Shown here piece after piece: positions 61,529-64,000 of a stretch of DNA of 64,000 bases. Made by a program: the position numbers and the translations under genes. Origin of the DNA: Takakia lepidozioides (lineage: Eukaryota; Plantae; Bryophyta); the NCBI GenBank assembly GCA_030704615.1, contig CM060731.1, positions 67,084,001 to 67,148,000 on the forward strand, given 5' to 3'. The notes under the pieces were generated by a model, which saw only the letters and a list, made by a program, of their open reading frames with translations, was not told the origin of the DNA and searched no databases. Position 1 is the stretch's first letter; every line of letters begins with the position of its first letter.

Positions 61529-64000
61529 TTACACGCTAATTAAGTAGGATTAATTAGCAGGGTGGTAAGCCGGCTGAGTAATAGAATGGAGTGCCTAAAG
61601 TCCATGACAACTTTGACTGACCTCTTCAAGATCGGCCATGCAGAGATTTCAAGTCTGATGTAGCTCAGTGCCAACGGCTCAACCTCCCAGTGTGTAAAGG
61701 CTGTACAGTGTATACAGAAATGTGACAAATTTTGAAGCCAAATCAAAATTTTCATAGGAATTCTATGAGCACAATGAAAGTTTGTTATGTTGGACTAAGC
61801 TGAGAGTAGAAGTAGAGCAATTCTGTCTCATAAACCAATATTTTGCATCCAGTGTCCTTCCAACCAGAGCACAATCTGGATGGAAATCAGAATCAACAAA
61901 TGCATACTTGGAAAAAAAGAGGGTTTTTAGGATGCAAACTCAGAACACTGAGACTTGAGAGGGTTGTGCTGCAAAAATCACCATAGATCTCTCAGTATTT
62001 ACAATAGTTACACCTTGACGTTGTTTGAAATCTATCCACTACTGTCGAGTAGAAACATTAGACAAAGATGGCTCACCTGCTAACATTCTCTGTGATACAA
62101 GCCCCAGGAATGACTGGTTCAGTCTGGGAGCCTCTACGAGTTGTGTTACAATAGTGTCGAAATGGCCCCGAGCAAAGCCGAAGTCACACTCTTCAGATTA
62201 TCTGACAAACCCTGGTATCCATACACCCTTTCCAGTGAGTATCTTATCCCAATTAAACTGCCATCCACTTGTTCCTTGCTTACATCTGGTGCAGCTGAGC
62301 CCAGATTTCTACCTAGGCCACTTAGTAGACTGCGTGTTATGTGCAAGATGAGCTCCAACATTTCTTCATCTTCCACACTGAGTGTGTCATCCAACAAAGC
62401 CTGCAGCAGGCACAACAAGCTGTTTAGAAGGTCCTAAATGCTCAGAGGAAAAGAAGATTGACATCAAAAGCAAATGACCCGATCCTCCTTTCAGACTCAC
62501 AGCACCCCACCTCCTGCTTTGTCTTGAGGATTGTGACCCTCAATTCAACTGGGCACGTAGGGAAGGAGCTTCATGTGTTTGCTAGAATGCACAAATAATA
62601 CAATCGATTAATGATGCTTTGCTGACAAGGAGCCTGCTCTGGACAACTAGTCCTTGCAAAGCCAACTAAAGATGTCACCAACCGTATGCAACTCGCTTGC
62701 ACAGCCAAACACCAGCTTATTCCTGAATTGCTCATTGATCTAAGAATTGGCATAGAGAAGGAACACAAAAGTTACTATGCCTTGAGGAAAGAAAGGGCCC
62801 CCAGTGTATCTTGCTCCATCGCCTTTGCCCCAAGTGCCTCACTGATTTCTTCAAAGACTTGCAAACATGCAAACAGTTCTTGAGGAGCCCTCATCTCCCC
62901 ATAAGACTGCCCTTCCAGAACCCTTTCACGAACAGCTTGCTGTAGTTTGAGAACTCGCCGCAGAAGCTTGTCCATGATAGCTATTGCTAGGCCCCAATTT
63001 TTTGTTACCAGTATCAGGTCTGACAAGTACCTGCACTCACAAAACAAGTATTTGAATCAGAAAGACCACCATGATAACAAGAGGGTGCATGTTGTGAGGC
63101 AGTCTCCAACAACTCAATAGGGCAGTCTCCAGCAAATGACAAAACCAGGGCAGTGACAAGCAATTACAGAGAAAGAGAGATGGACAACATTGTAGTGCAC
63201 ACAATACAATTCAGCAACTCATGATTTAATGAACAGGTCTGTCCCCCCATGAGGATCACCCGTCCAGTACCTTTGACAAATCACATCTTCATGACAAAGA
63301 TGAGATAATCAACGTGACTCATGTCCCTAGATGCACTGCATGCTTGTCATCATCCAGAGAGAGCCCCACCATCCCTCTCGCAAGGAGGGCCCATCCACCT
63401 CTGAAGAACTATAACGAGCTCAAACAGGGGCAACCCCAATTACAAATTGAATGTAAGCTAGTTCAGTGGCGCAAGGGATGTTATAAAACACATACTGTGC
63501 GGCTGTGCGCTTTTGTTGTCTGCCAGTTTCCAAAGCTTCCCTGATCTCACCATCCGCTCCGGGCCATTCAAATACTCCAACATCCATATCAATCAAAAAA
63601 GCACTTGCTACAGACAAGGAATGGTTCACAGGCTGTTCTATACGATCAAGCGCAATGTCAGCTACAGCAGCCCTCAGTCTTCCAACGATACTCCACGTCA
63701 CATTAGTATCATTACTGGTGTCAACATGCTGCTTATTCAAGAACCCCTTTGGAAAACCTGCATGACCTGCAGCTCTTTGGCTTGGATTTACTTTACCTGC
63801 ATAAGTTCAGGCACATCACATTATTGACAGTATCAAAGTTTTGGTAAAACTCATTCAGAAAGACCTGCCTATAAGCTCTATTGTGGACAATGAAACAATA
63901 GAATGAGGATGCTCTGTAGTCATCACTGATACCAGTAAAAAAGTATCCCACACCCATCTACTTACTGGAAAGCTGACTGCCTCCAAAGCTTCAAGAGACC

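Larger units (their letters stand above)
59410..63410 (-). pseudogene. Decayed exons of an unidentified Leu-rich, probably alpha-helical protein gene
   Basis: Exon-like blocks with AG/GT ends (~62775-63031 YLSDLILVTKNWGLAIAIMDKLLRRVL; ~62076-62435 LLCLLQALLDDTL..; ~59884-60163 WLIWVACDKRALGIVLEV); contain stops and frameshifts. Confidence 0.35.

Overview
Land-plant nuclear DNA, most likely from a moss or other bryophyte (inferred from gene and TE style, not proven). The first ~32 kb is a nest of transposons. A decayed Ty3/Gypsy element (+ strand; RT/RNase H at 1-1150, integrase at 13611-15240, 3' LTR ~15554-26450) carries three insertions: an 11.8-kb CACTA element (1768-13607, TSD CTA), a 468-bp MITE (TSD GAACATTG) and a solo LTR (TSD CTAGT). 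A second, 9.6-kb Gypsy-type retrotransposon (15694-25329, - strand, TSD AAGA) sits inside that solo LTR and is the highlight. Its polyprotein carries a DNMT3-like C5-cytosine methyltransferase domain between protease and RT, and a PHD finger after integrase. It has a Tf1-type self-priming site instead of a tRNA PBS, and its terminal repeats are split direct repeats (X-internal-PPT-Y-X-Y) with an internal palindromic CA-nn-TG junction. The CACTA element has a divergently oriented TnpA-like gene containing a captured FCP1/NIF HAD-phosphatase-like domain. A Copia fragment and a non-autonomous CACTA follow. The second half holds host genes: an 8-exon LPCAT/LPLAT (MBOAT) gene, a class II LBD transcription factor, and a cytochrome c gene with an intronless CDS that appears nested among decayed exons of another gene. 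All TE ORFs here are disrupted.
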